Assembly (NCBI GenBank): GCA_964247455.1
Contig: CAXTUR010000001.1
Coordinates: 985-64,984, forward strand
Length of the DNA stretch: 64,000 bases
From: an uncultured Acidobacteriaceae bacterium
Lineage (GTDB): Bacteria > Acidobacteriota > Terriglobia > Terriglobales > Acidobacteriaceae
Reading direction: 5' to 3'
A model generated the notes under the pieces. The model searched no databases. It saw only the letters and a program-made list of their open reading frames with translations, and was not told the DNA's origin. The position numbers and the translations under genes are program-made. Positions 9,275 through 18,652 of this stretch are shown here, in pieces (within the stretch, counting starts at the first letter, position 1; each line of letters starts with the position of its first letter).

Positions 9275-10110
9275 CAGATTCTGCCTGTCATGCCGCTGAA
9301 GATCATCTCCACGCCCAGCGTGACAATCACCAGGCTAAAGACGGCTTTGAGCGTCTTGACCGGGGCTTTTACCAGCAGGTGCGAGCCGACAAGCGAACCT
9401 CCGAGCACGCCCAGCATCACCGGCATCGCGATGCCCGGAGCAATGTAGCCCCGCGCCAGGTAAATCCCCGCACTCGCGGCCGCCGTCACGCCGATCATGA
9501 AGTTGCTGGTGGTCGTTGAGACCTTGAAGGGAAGCTTCATCGCCTGATCCATGGCCAGCACCTTCACCGCGCCCGAACCGATGCCCAGCAAACCCGAAAG
9601 TGTTCCCGCACCGAACATGATGCCAAAGCCCAGCGGAATGTGCTGCGCACTGTAGCTCTCCCGGCTTGGAGGACAGGGAAAGCTGCCATTCAGCTTGAGC
9701 CTGATCGCCAACGAGTCAGTCTTCAATCCAACCATATCCTGAGGCTTCTTGCGAAGAGAGGCGTAAGCGGAGTAGAGCAGCACGATTCCGAAGACCACCG
9801 CAATCGAGTGGCTGGAGAACTTCGCTGTGAGATAGGCTCCAAAAAGCGCGCCGATCGTTGTGGCGACTTCAAGAAACATCCCGATCCGGATGCTCGACAG
9901 GCCCTCCTTGACGTAGGCTGCGGCCGCCCCGGAGGAGGTCGCGATCACTGAAACGAGCGATGCTCCGATGGCATAGTGCAGGTCGATCTTGAAGAGCAGG
10001 ACCAGTGCCGGAACGATCACCACGCCGCCACCCAGGCCCGTGAGGGCACCGAGTAGACCGGCGAAGACTGAGGTGCCGAAGACCAGCGCGGTGAAGAGCA
10101 GGAGGCTCAT
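9274..10110 (-). CDS. Sulfite exporter TauE/SafE family protein
   Basis: GALTGLGGGVVIVP and SGLLGIGSG repeats, STTTSNFMIGVTAA. Confidence 0.92.
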   Translation of the reverse strand: MSLLLFTALVFGTSVFAGLLGALTGLGGGVVIVPALVLLFKIDLHYAIGASLVSVIATSSGAAAAYVKEGLSSIRIGMFLEVATTIGALFGAYLTAKFSSHSIAVVFGIVLLYSAYASLRKKPQDMVGLKTDSLAIRLKLNGSFPCPPSRESYSAQHIPLGFGIMFGAGTLSGLLGIGSGAVKVLAMDQAMKLPFKVSTTTSNFMIGVTAAASAGIYLARGYIAPGIAMPVMLGVLGGSLVGSHLLVKAPVKTLKAVFSLVIVTLGVEMIFSGMTGRI

Positions 10111-11492
10111 GGCTGAACGCCCGTCTGGAAGGCGATCGTAGCGGTGGCGAAGTTGTACTGCGACTTGGCATTGGCGTTGCCGATGGCCGCCTGCGTCTGT
10201 TGTAGCTGCGCCTGGCTCAGCTCCACAATTGAGCTCAGCCCAAGATCGTACCGCGTCTGAGCAAGCTCCAAAGCCGTGTTAGCCTGCTTGAGCAACTCGC
10301 TCGAAACCGTGACGCGCTGTAGAGCCGTGTTCGCGTTCAGCCACGCCGTACGCACATCACGAACCACCTGATCCCGCAGGAGCCGCGTCTGCTCTGCCGC
10401 AGCCTGCGCCTGGAGAGAGGCCTCCGCGGCCTGTGCCGAGAAGCGAAAGCCGTTGAAGATCGGCACGTTGACGTTCGCACCGACGGCTCCATACCAGTTG
10501 CTCGTAAAGTAGGTCGAAGAACCGACCGGAACGCCGCCCACTACACCCAATGCGCTGATGGTGGGGAGCTTCTGGTCGCGCTGCGCTTTGCTAAACTTCA
10601 GCGCCGCCTGCTGGTTGAGGATAGAGGCCTGGAGATCGGGCCGGTTCTGCAGCGCCTGCGCGATCAGCGTGTCTGCACTTGGTGCCAGCGCCGGCAGAGC
10701 GCCCGCATCGTCGACGAGTTCAGTATCCACCAGTCGGTCATAGCCCAGGACCGCCGCGAAGGCAGCTTTTGATGCGTCGAGGTTGTTCTGCGCGTCGAGC
10801 TGCAGCAACTTCGCTTGCGAAAGGTTCACCTGGGCGAAGCTGAGGTCCAGCTCAGAGCGCAGCTTTGCGGTGGCGAGGGCGTTCACCTGGTCGGTCAGCG
10901 TCTGGCGGGCCGTAACGGTTTGCTGCGCCACCTTCACCGTCTCCTGCGCCTCGATGACATCAAAGAAGAGCTGATCCGTTGTGAGTACGATGTCTTCGCG
11001 GCTAGCTTCGGCGTCTGCCTGGCGGGCCTTCTCTTGCAGTTTGGCGGAGGCGATCAGGTTCGAGGTCCTGCCGAAGTCGGTGATGAGCTGTGTGAGTTGA
11101 ACGCCTCCGCCGAAGTGGTTCAATAGGCGGGAAGAGGCAAGCGACCCTGCTCCTAGCCGGCTCGCCTCGTTGGCGCCTTCACCCGTGAGGCTGCCGTTTA
11201 GGTTAGGTAGTTGATCGGCCCGTCGCTCGCGGACTGCCTCATGCTGCACCCGGGCGAGCAGCTGGCTGACGCGAATACGCGGGTTGTTGGCGAGAGCGAT
11301 GCGCTCCGCGTCCTGCCGAGTGAGCCGCTGGCGAGAGCTGGCTGGCTGGGCTGCCGCTCTGGCAGCCTGATCGAGAGAAAGGCCTGCAGGTAAGGGAGCC
11401 TTTGGAAGGAGACGCTGCGACTGCGCAGAAAGTATGGCGGGCCACGACAATGAGGCAAGCAACACTAAGTGAGGAAATCGGACTACGTTCAT
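10107..11492 (-). CDS. TolC-family outer membrane efflux protein
   Basis: Signal peptide, two OEP-like coiled repeats, ALQNRPDL, RYDLGLSSIVEL; operon with RND and MFP. Confidence 0.92.
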   Translation of the reverse strand: MNVVRFPHLVLLASLSWPAILSAQSQRLLPKAPLPAGLSLDQAARAAAQPASSRQRLTRQDAERIALANNPRIRVSQLLARVQHEAVRERRADQLPNLNGSLTGEGANEASRLGAGSLASSRLLNHFGGGVQLTQLITDFGRTSNLIASAKLQEKARQADAEASREDIVLTTDQLFFDVIEAQETVKVAQQTVTARQTLTDQVNALATAKLRSELDLSFAQVNLSQAKLLQLDAQNNLDASKAAFAAVLGYDRLVDTELVDDAGALPALAPSADTLIAQALQNRPDLQASILNQQAALKFSKAQRDQKLPTISALGVVGGVPVGSSTYFTSNWYGAVGANVNVPIFNGFRFSAQAAEASLQAQAAAEQTRLLRDQVVRDVRTAWLNANTALQRVTVSSELLKQANTALELAQTRYDLGLSSIVELSQAQLQQTQAAIGNANAKSQYNFATATIAFQTGVQP

Positions 11493-14400
11493 CGCGCACC
11501 TCCTTCCGCGGGCAGCCCGCGCTCTTCGCTGCGGTGGATGAGCAGATAGGCCGTTGGCACCAGGAAGACAGTTACGATGCCCGACACGGAAAGGCCGCCG
11601 AGAATGGCGCGTGCCAGCGGTGCATACTGCTCACTACCGGGTTCGAGCGCCAGCGCCATCGGGATCAGGCCGAGGATGGTGGCCAGGGTGGTCATCAGAA
11701 TGGGCCGGAGACGCACCTTGCAGGCCTCACTTAGCGCCTCTTTCAGGCGCATACCGCCCTGGCGCAGTGTGCCGACAAACTCCACGATCAGGATGCTGTC
11801 TGAGACCGCGATGCCAGTCATCATCACCACACCCATTAGCGACATCACGTTCAAGGTCGTCCCCGTAATCAGCAGGAAGATCAGCACGCCGGACAGCCCT
11901 GGAGGAACCGCCAGCAGGATGATGAACGGGTCAGAGAAAGAGGCGAACTGTGCCATCAGGATGAGGTAGACCAGGATCACCGCGAGGATGAGCCCAATCC
12001 CGAAGCTGGAAAACGACTGCTGCATATCGCGCACTGAGCCGCGTACCTTGACCGTCACGCCATTCGGTTTGTGAATTTGCCCGACGATCTCCTCCACCTG
12101 CTTGTTCACAGCGCTCAGGTCCTCCGCCCTCGGCATCACGTAGATGTCGAACTCACGCCGAAGCTGATAATGGTCCACCTCGGTCGGCGTGTTGATCTGC
12201 TTGACATCGGCCACGGACTGCAGCGGCGTCGTGTTCGCGCTACGCTGGGACCGCAGGGGGATCTGCTCGAAGTCGGTCAGCGTCTTGATCTGTGACTCGG
12301 GGTATTGCACCGTCAGCATGTAACTGTTGCCCGTCTTGGGATCGACCCAGAAGCTCGGTGCGATGACGCCATCCGAGGTGAGGGCCGTGATCACGTTGTC
12401 GACCACGTCCTTCGGACTGACTCCTAGCAGACCCGCCCGTTCCCGGTTGATGTTCAACTCAAGACCCGGGTAGTTGAGGTCTTGCGGGATCAGCACGTCG
12501 TTGACCGTGTTCAGCCCTTTGAGCTTCGCGGCTGTTTCCGTGGCTATCGCGTAGGCCTGCTCCAGATTGTTGCCGCCGATCTGGATGTCGATCGGGGCAG
12601 GCTTGCCTTGGTTGACTACGGAATCAACCAGACCGCCCGCCTGGAAGTAGGTTGAAACGTCAGGGAAATCGCGGGTGAGCTTCTGCCGCACCTGCTCCAT
12701 GTAGGCGTAGCTGCCAGTTTTATGCTCCTCCTTCAGGCTGACCTGGATGAAGGCGGTATGCATCCCCGAATTGGAGGTGTAGATCGCGGAAAGATCGGGC
12801 GTAATGCCGATGTTCGAGACGATCATGTTGAGATCCTCCGGCGATACGACACCACGAATATCCTGCTCCATCTTCGAGATGTAGTCATCCGTGACCTCGA
12901 TCCGGGTGCCCGCCGGCACCTTCACGTTCACGACAAACTGGCCCGGGTCGGTGCGCGGAAAGAACGCTTTCCCCAGCAACGGATAGAGCGCCAAACTGCA
13001 CACGACGAAGAATCCAAAAACGACAACTACGAGCACCGGACGGCCCAGGCAGTAGGCGATCGCCTTTTCGTACTGGTTCTGCAGCTTCTGGAATCCAAGA
13101 TTGAACTTGTCGATTACAACCTTAAAGACGCGGAACTTGCCCTTCTCCTGTACTCCAGAGTTTGGGGTATGGTCGTCTTCATGATGGTGCATATGGCCCG
13201 GGTCGATGGTAATGAACTTGGCGCAGAAGAGCGGCACTACCGTCATGGCCACGAGATAGGACGCAAACAGGGCCAGCACGACAGCCAACGCAAGCGCCGT
13301 AAACAGGTACTTGCTGACGCCAAAGAGCAGCATCACCGGAAAGAAGACGATGCAGGTGCTGAAGGTCGCGGCCAGCACCGCGAGCTGAACTTCCGCGCCG
13401 CCCTTAGCCGCCGCTTCCGCAGGAGGTTCGCCCATCTCCATATGCCGAAAGATATTTTCGAGTACCACGACCGAGTTGTCGATCAGCCGCGAGAGTGCCA
13501 GCGCCAACCCGCCCAGCACCATCGTATTGATAGAGCTGCCGCCGAGGTTTAGCCCCAGGAAGGTTGCCAGGCAGGAGATGGGAATCGAGATCAACACCGC
13601 GATAGTCGCACGCACGTTGCCGAGGAAGAGCAGAATCATCACAGCCGTCAGACACAGACCGATGGTTCCTTCGTTGATGACGTTCTTGACGGCAATCTTA
13701 ACGAAGACCGACTGGTCGAACACGACGCTCGTTTTCAGTACGGACGGAATATCCAGCAGGTTTTCGACCGCCTTCTTGACCCCGTTCACGATGGTGATGG
13801 TGTTCGAGTTGCCGCCCTGCTTCAAGACTGGAATATAGACCGAATGCTGCCCATCCACCCGCACGATGTTGGTCTGGAGCTGCCCGCCATCTTTCGCTTG
13901 GCCGATGTCGGCCACCATCACGGAAGCGTTGCCTACGGTCTTCAGCGGCAAATCATTAATTTGATCGACCACCGGCACCTGGCTATTGGCGTATATGTTG
14001 TAGTCCTTCATACCGATCCGCACATCGCCGGCGGGCAGAATTAAGTTCGACTTGTTCACCGCGTCGACCACATCCATCACGCTCATCTGGTGCGCTTCGA
14101 GCTTTACCGGGTCGACGTACACCATGATCTGCCGGTACCGTCCGCCATAAGGCTGAGGAACCGACGCCCCCGGCACGTTGGCCACCTGGTTGCGCACCGT
14201 AAACTGCGCGAGGTCCTTCAACTGCGTTTCATTCAGTCCCTGCCCCTTAAGCGTGATCAAGCACACGGGGAGATTCGCCGCGTCGAACTTCAGCACCACC
14301 GGCGGCAGTGTGCCGGGCGGCAGACGCCGCAAATTAGCCATGGCAAGATTCGATATATTGCTAACCGCCGCATTGCCGTCCACACCTGGCTGAAAGAAGA

Positions 14401-14671
14401 TCTTGATCAGGCTGACACCAGGAAGTGATCGTGACTCAATGTGGTCGATTCCACTCCCCAACGTAAAAAATCGCTCATAGCTGTTGGTGATGTCGGATTC
14501 GATCTGCTGCGGCGGCATACCCGCGTAGAACGTCGCCACCACAACGACGGGGATGTTGACCTCCGGGAACAGGTCGACTGGCATGTTCGCCACTGTCGTC
14601 ACGCCGACCACGATGACGAACAGGCACATCATCAGGATAAAGAACGGATACTTGATGGCAAAGGAAGACAT
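11489..14671 (-). CDS. RND efflux permease (AcrB/CusA-like) with His-rich loop
   Basis: 1060 aa; VDLFPEVNIPVVVV, LIDNSVVVLENI, RLRPILMTTLA; loop HMHHHEDDH. Confidence 0.95.
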   Translation of the reverse strand: MSSFAIKYPFFILMMCLFVIVVGVTTVANMPVDLFPEVNIPVVVVATFYAGMPPQQIESDITNSYERFFTLGSGIDHIESRSLPGVSLIKIFFQPGVDGNAAVSNISNLAMANLRRLPPGTLPPVVLKFDAANLPVCLITLKGQGLNETQLKDLAQFTVRNQVANVPGASVPQPYGGRYRQIMVYVDPVKLEAHQMSVMDVVDAVNKSNLILPAGDVRIGMKDYNIYANSQVPVVDQINDLPLKTVGNASVMVADIGQAKDGGQLQTNIVRVDGQHSVYIPVLKQGGNSNTITIVNGVKKAVENLLDIPSVLKTSVVFDQSVFVKIAVKNVINEGTIGLCLTAVMILLFLGNVRATIAVLISIPISCLATFLGLNLGGSSINTMVLGGLALALSRLIDNSVVVLENIFRHMEMGEPPAEAAAKGGAEVQLAVLAATFSTCIVFFPVMLLFGVSKYLFTALALAVVLALFASYLVAMTVVPLFCAKFITIDPGHMHHHEDDHTPNSGVQEKGKFRVFKVVIDKFNLGFQKLQNQYEKAIAYCLGRPVLVVVVFGFFVVCSLALYPLLGKAFFPRTDPGQFVVNVKVPAGTRIEVTDDYISKMEQDIRGVVSPEDLNMIVSNIGITPDLSAIYTSNSGMHTAFIQVSLKEEHKTGSYAYMEQVRQKLTRDFPDVSTYFQAGGLVDSVVNQGKPAPIDIQIGGNNLEQAYAIATETAAKLKGLNTVNDVLIPQDLNYPGLELNINRERAGLLGVSPKDVVDNVITALTSDGVIAPSFWVDPKTGNSYMLTVQYPESQIKTLTDFEQIPLRSQRSANTTPLQSVADVKQINTPTEVDHYQLRREFDIYVMPRAEDLSAVNKQVEEIVGQIHKPNGVTVKVRGSVRDMQQSFSSFGIGLILAVILVYLILMAQFASFSDPFIILLAVPPGLSGVLIFLLITGTTLNVMSLMGVVMMTGIAVSDSILIVEFVGTLRQGGMRLKEALSEACKVRLRPILMTTLATILGLIPMALALEPGSEQYAPLARAILGGLSVSGIVTVFLVPTAYLLIHRSEERGLPAEGGAR

Positions 14672-15906
14672 TACTGGTCGCCCCCTTGCTTCGGCATGGA
14701 GATGGTGCTGAGCCGCGGCTGCACCACCTGATTTGCCTGGTAGTTCGACTGGCCGGACACGATCACCGACAGCCCTTCGGAAAGCCCGCTAACGATCTCG
14801 ATCCGGTCCGCACCCTGAATGCCCAGCGTCACCGGCACGACCTGCACCTTGTTGTTCGTATCGACCACAAGCACATGCGCCGAGCCCTCACCCTTCAGCA
14901 CTGCTCCGGCCGGTACTGTGATAACTCCGTTGTGCTGCTGGAGGATGATTGTGGTCTCGGCTGTCATCCCTGTACTTAGGGAGAGGTCTGGGTTCGGTAC
15001 GTCCACCTCAGCCAGCATGGTCCGGGTAGAATCGGTCAACTCGCGAGTAAAGCGTACGATCTTGCCCGTGAAGCTCTTACCGGTCGACTGAAGTCGCATG
15101 GTGACTTTGCCGCCAACCCTGATAAACGGCACATCCTCTTCAGGCACTGGCATGCGAAGCCGAAGCAGGTCGCTTTCGGCTACTTTGACCACAGGCATTG
15201 ACTGCACGTTTGACGTTCCCGCTTGAATGAGCGATCCCACGTCCGCGTAGCGCATCGTCACTACACCGCTGAAGGGAGCCGTTACCACGGAGTAGCCCTG
15301 CATGGCGGCAACCCGCTGGTTGTCCGCCTTCGACACACCAAGCTGCTGCTGCGAGGCGTCCACCGCTGCCTTAGCCACATCGATCTTCGCCTGAGCGTCC
15401 TGATCACGGGCGCGGGCGTCATCCAGCTCTTGTTCGGCGATCAACCCCGAGCGCTTCTTCGCCGCTTCGGAAAGTCGCGTGTAAGCCGCATGCACGGCGG
15501 CGTAGTTAGCCTGCGCTAAGGTCACCCCACTTTGTGCCCGCTCAATTTCGGACTGGCTATGCCGGATCTCCGCCTGCGAACCGGCGACCTGGGCCACCAA
15601 CTCCGGCACTTCCAGCGTGGCGATCACCTGCCCACGCCTCACCCGGTCACCGATGTCGACGTTGATCTTCCGTATGTACCCGGACACTTTAGCGTGTAAG
15701 TCCACCTCTTGGTAGGCCTGGAACTCGCCCGCAACGCTGAGGGTGCTTGCAAGATCGCTGCGGGTCACTGGTGCGACGGACGCAGTTTCGATTGGCGCGG
15801 GCTCCGAAGGCTTGGCATTGCATCCGACAATGCAGAGGCCGGGAAGAGCGGCAAGGCACACTCCATAGAGAACGATCGAAGAGGATCGCATGTACATAGA
15901 CGGCAC
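14671..15906 (-). CDS. RND periplasmic adaptor (membrane fusion protein)
   Basis: Lipobox-like IVGC, AKVSGYIRKINVDIGDRV, APFSGVVT. Confidence 0.93.
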   Translation of the reverse strand: MPSMYMRSSSIVLYGVCLAALPGLCIVGCNAKPSEPAPIETASVAPVTRSDLASTLSVAGEFQAYQEVDLHAKVSGYIRKINVDIGDRVRRGQVIATLEVPELVAQVAGSQAEIRHSQSEIERAQSGVTLAQANYAAVHAAYTRLSEAAKKRSGLIAEQELDDARARDQDAQAKIDVAKAAVDASQQQLGVSKADNQRVAAMQGYSVVTAPFSGVVTMRYADVGSLIQAGTSNVQSMPVVKVAESDLLRLRMPVPEEDVPFIRVGGKVTMRLQSTGKSFTGKIVRFTRELTDSTRTMLAEVDVPNPDLSLSTGMTAETTIILQQHNGVITVPAGAVLKGEGSAHVLVVDTNNKVQVVPVTLGIQGADRIEIVSGLSEGLSVIVSGQSNYQANQVVQPRLSTISMPKQGGDQ

Positions 15907-15987
15907 ATCCTTAACAAGAGATGGATCGGTGCGGTCGAGCTTAGGGCACGATGCTGAAGTCAGCGTTCGTGCTCGCCTGAGCCAGAT

Positions 15988-16380
15988 CTATCGGGACGGA
16001 GCTACCGCAGGAGGGGGTCGGAAAAAGAAAAAGATGGTGGTAAAGCTGGTCGGGGCCACCCAACACGTCTGAGGGCGACGCACGGCGACGGCTGATTGGA
16101 CGAGCAACAAACATAAAACTGCGATGAACAAGGTTATGTGCACAGTGGATCGCGTGGAGTCCGGCGCACCTGGAATAACTGAAATTTGCTCTGCCGACAC
16201 CGGACGCTCGCGTTTCGTGAGTAGTTTTGCAGGCGGACGCAGGGAAGAAGGACTGCCTGGCGGATCATAAAGAGACATTTTGTACTGCGCACCCCAACCG
16301 AGAACCGACAACGCAACGGCGATGATGCCCAGCGTGGCAAGTCGTGAGAACCGTCGATTCGGGATGTATGTGTGCGCCAA
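15988..16380 (-). CDS. Small exported/membrane leader protein ending FFFRPPP (candidate arrest peptide)
   Basis: N-terminal hydrophobic segment then WGAQYKMSLY, second hydrophobic segment, RPPP near stop; co-oriented about 80 nt upstream of RND operon; start uncertain. Confidence 0.65.
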   Translation of the reverse strand: MAHTYIPNRRFSRLATLGIIAVALSVLGWGAQYKMSLYDPPGSPSSLRPPAKLLTKRERPVSAEQISVIPGAPDSTRSTVHITLFIAVLCLLLVQSAVAVRRPQTCWVAPTSFTTIFFFFRPPPAVAPSR

Positions 16381-16744
16381 GCGAAAAAACCCTACCCGTA
16401 TGATGCAAAAACGCGGATTGCGTTAGCAAGACAAACACATCGACTTACGTGAACTCTCGCAATATTCTGATTTTGATGAAGTCGTGAGTCAAAGCCGGCG
16501 GACCAGAGCTGGCCACTTACGAGTTCATGTGCTCCTGTTGTCTTCAAGTTGCGGGATTCAAGCCCACGCCTCTCTCTTCCGTCGTGCGAGCAGCACACAA
16601 TCCGCCCAGCCCGCATCGCGCCTTCCATCGCGGGCGAAACCCTGGCGCGTTCTAAAGTCGTTAATGAGGGCCACGGGCCGAAAGGGGACATTCTCTGCAA
16701 CGGTCGCACCATTCACGGCACTGATTTGTCTGTTGAGCGATAAA

Positions 16745-16782
16745 GCCGATGGGACTGATCCCATATGATCAGCCCCATCGGC
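16745..16782. repeat. Long inverted repeat near island right end
   Basis: gccgatggg-a-ctgatc / gatcag-c-cccatcggc. Confidence 0.75.
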
Positions 16783-16790
16783 CGCTTCGT

Positions 16791-16810
16791 TTGGCAGCAT
16801 TTTGGCAGCA
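16791..16810 (+). repeat. Tandem TTGGCAGCA repeats (putative integrase arm-type sites), third copy at 2493-2501
   Basis: Exact 9-mers at 16791, 16802 and 2493, each within about 100 bp of an att core. Confidence 0.6.
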
Positions 16811-16893
16811 ACTAGCGCCGATTATGCCGTTCTTGCCGACTCAGCCAACTCGTAAGTACTGCAACGCCAAATTTTGGCATCCGTTAGTTATGC

Positions 16894-16944
16894 CCATGGC
16901 ATGAAAGAGGCATCAGTTCGATCCCGATCAGGTCCACCAATCAT
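16894..16944 (+). repeat. att site: degenerate duplicate of tRNA-Ala 3' half
   Basis: ccatggcatgaaagagg-catcagttcgatcccgatcaggtccaccaatcat vs 2408-2459, differing by 2 substitutions and 1 deletion. Confidence 0.92.
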
Positions 16945-17248
16945 TTCAAGCCTTAGCGTCACCTTCTTCCGCAGCTTTGTCGTAAACGCCAAACCATATC
17001 GTTCTTTGCGCCACTCCATCAGATCCTTAGCCACTTGCTGGGCGATCGGAACCTTCGTGAGCTTCCCTTTGTCTTGCCGAACGGATTTTGCCTTGTAAAC
17101 GGTATTTCACGACCAGCCTGACGTTATGCCACCTTGAGTTCCAGCTCAGGCTGTCTTTGACAGGGCTACAGGAGGACGAGCAGTCTGCGTTAGTCAGCCC
17201 TCGAAAGAACCCTTCCCTGTCGAGGGCCGCAAAGTGTATGTTGTTCGT

Positions 17249-17258
17249 GAACATGTTC
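17249..17258. promoter_or_regulatory. Palindromic operator candidate GAACATGTTC
   Basis: Perfect palindrome 45 nt upstream of CoA-transferase start; recurs at other cluster promoters. Confidence 0.6.
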
Positions 17259-17303
17259 GGCTATCCAGGTTATAGGCAGCGTAGCTGATCGCGAGAGGAT
17301 AAC

Positions 17304-18005
17304 GTGAAAAAGCTTTGGGCCAGCGCAGACGCGGCGTTGGAAGGAATTGTGCGGGATGGAATGTTGCTTGCTATTGGCGGGTTCGGCCTGTGCGGGGTGC
17401 CGGAGGCCTTGATTGAGGCGGTCGAGCGGACGGGCGCACGCCGGTTGACTGTCGCCAGTAACAACGCAGGCATAGACAATATCGGTCTGGGTCGACTGTT
17501 GGCAACGCGGCAGATAGCGAAGATGATTGCCAGCTATGTAGGCGAGAACGGCGAGTTTGAACGGCAGTATCTGGCCGGCGAGCTTGAGGTAGAATTTTGT
17601 CCACAAGGAACGCTTGCGGAGCGTATGCGCGCGGGCGGCGCGGGCATTCCAGGGTTTTATACCCGTACCGGCGTGGGGACGGTAGTTGCGGAGGGCAAGG
17701 AACACAAGGAGTTCGATGGAGAGGTGTACATTCTGGAGCGCGGAATTCAATCGGACATCGCGCTGGTGAAAGCATGGAAAGGTGATTCGCATGGCAACCT
17801 GGTCTACCGGCGCACTGCGCAAAATTTCAATCCCGGTGCGGCCATGAGCGGCAACATAACGATTGCCGAGGTCGAGATTCTGGTGGATGCCGGTGAGTTG
17901 CCGCCGGAACAGATTCATACGCCGGGAATCTATGTTCAGCGACTCGTCCACAATCCCGACGCCGAAAAGCGGATTGAACGTGTAACGACAAGGGAGGCTC
18001 GCTGA
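17304..18005 (+). CDS. scoA: 3-oxoacid CoA-transferase subunit A (ScoA/PcaI-like)
   Basis: [40 protein letters not shown]. Confidence 0.9.
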   Translation: MKKLWASADAALEGIVRDGMLLAIGGFGLCGVPEALIEAVERTGARRLTVASNNAGIDNIGLGRLLATRQIAKMIASYVGENGEFERQYLAGELEVEFCPQGTLAERMRAGGAGIPGFYTRTGVGTVVAEGKEHKEFDGEVYILERGIQSDIALVKAWKGDSHGNLVYRRTAQNFNPGAAMSGNITIAEVEILVDAGELPPEQIHTPGIYVQRLVHNPDAEKRIERVTTREAR

Positions 18006-18652
18006 TGGCGTGGACGCGACAGGAAATGGCGCAGCGCGCTGCGGGGGAGTTGCAGGACGGATTCTATGTCAACCTGGGGATCGGCATGCCAACGCAGGTC
18101 GCAAGCTGCATCCCGGCCGGTGTTAGCGTTACCCTCCAATCGGAGAACGGGCTGCTGGGTCTGGGACCATACCCGCTGGCGACGGAGGTGGACGCGGATT
18201 TAATCAACGCCGGCAAAGAGACCGTGACGTTTTTACCCGGGGCCTCGATTTTTTCCAGCTGCGAGTCCTTTGCCATGATTCGGGGCGGTCACATCGATCT
18301 TGCCATTCTGGGCGCTATGCAGGTCGCGGAGAACGGCGATCTAGCGAACTGGGTCATCCCCGGGAAGCGCGTAAAAGGCATGGGCGGCGCAATGGATCTG
18401 GTCTCAGGAGTGCGAAGGGTCTTGGTGCTGATGGAGCATAGCGCCCCTGGTGGCGTGGCGAAGCTGTTGCAAGCTTGCACCTTGCCTTTGACAGGCCAGG
18501 GAGTCGTCGATCGAATCATTACGGACCTGTGTGTCCTGGATGTGACGCCGCGTGGCTTTGAGTTGGTAGAGCTGGCTCCGGGAGTGACTCTCTATCAGGT
18601 GAGTCACGCGACGGATGCAGCGATTCAAACTGCGGGGGAGCATTCCCGATGA
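18005..18652 (+). CDS. scoB: 3-oxoacid CoA-transferase subunit B
   Basis: VNLGIGMPT, catalytic [21 protein letters not shown]. Confidence 0.9.
   Translation: MAWTRQEMAQRAAGELQDGFYVNLGIGMPTQVASCIPAGVSVTLQSENGLLGLGPYPLATEVDADLINAGKETVTFLPGASIFSSCESFAMIRGGHIDLAILGAMQVAENGDLANWVIPGKRVKGMGGAMDLVSGVRRVLVLMEHSAPGGVAKLLQACTLPLTGQGVVDRIITDLCVLDVTPRGFELVELAPGVTLYQVSHATDAAIQTAGEHSR

Larger units (their letters stand above)
2455..16944. mobile_element. Degenerate genomic island integrated at tRNA-Ala 3' end (no integrase detected)
   Basis: Direct repeat of tRNA 3' half at 16894-16944; TTGGCAGCA repeats near both ends; four pseudogenes inside. Confidence 0.8.

Noticed and set aside
16600-16700. GAAA-tetraloop-like hairpins suggesting a c-di-GMP or other riboswitch
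   Set aside because: Conserved aptamer residues are not recognisable and no co-oriented gene follows; needs an Rfam scan
16894-16939. Second tRNA gene
   Set aside because: Only the 3' half is present, with T-arm mutations; interpreted as an att repeat
17243-17258. LexA/SOS box interpretation of the GAAC/GTTC motif
   Set aside because: Spacing is GAAC-N2-GTTC and GTTC-N8-GTTC, not the N4 or N7 LexA spacings, and the adjacent genes are catabolic
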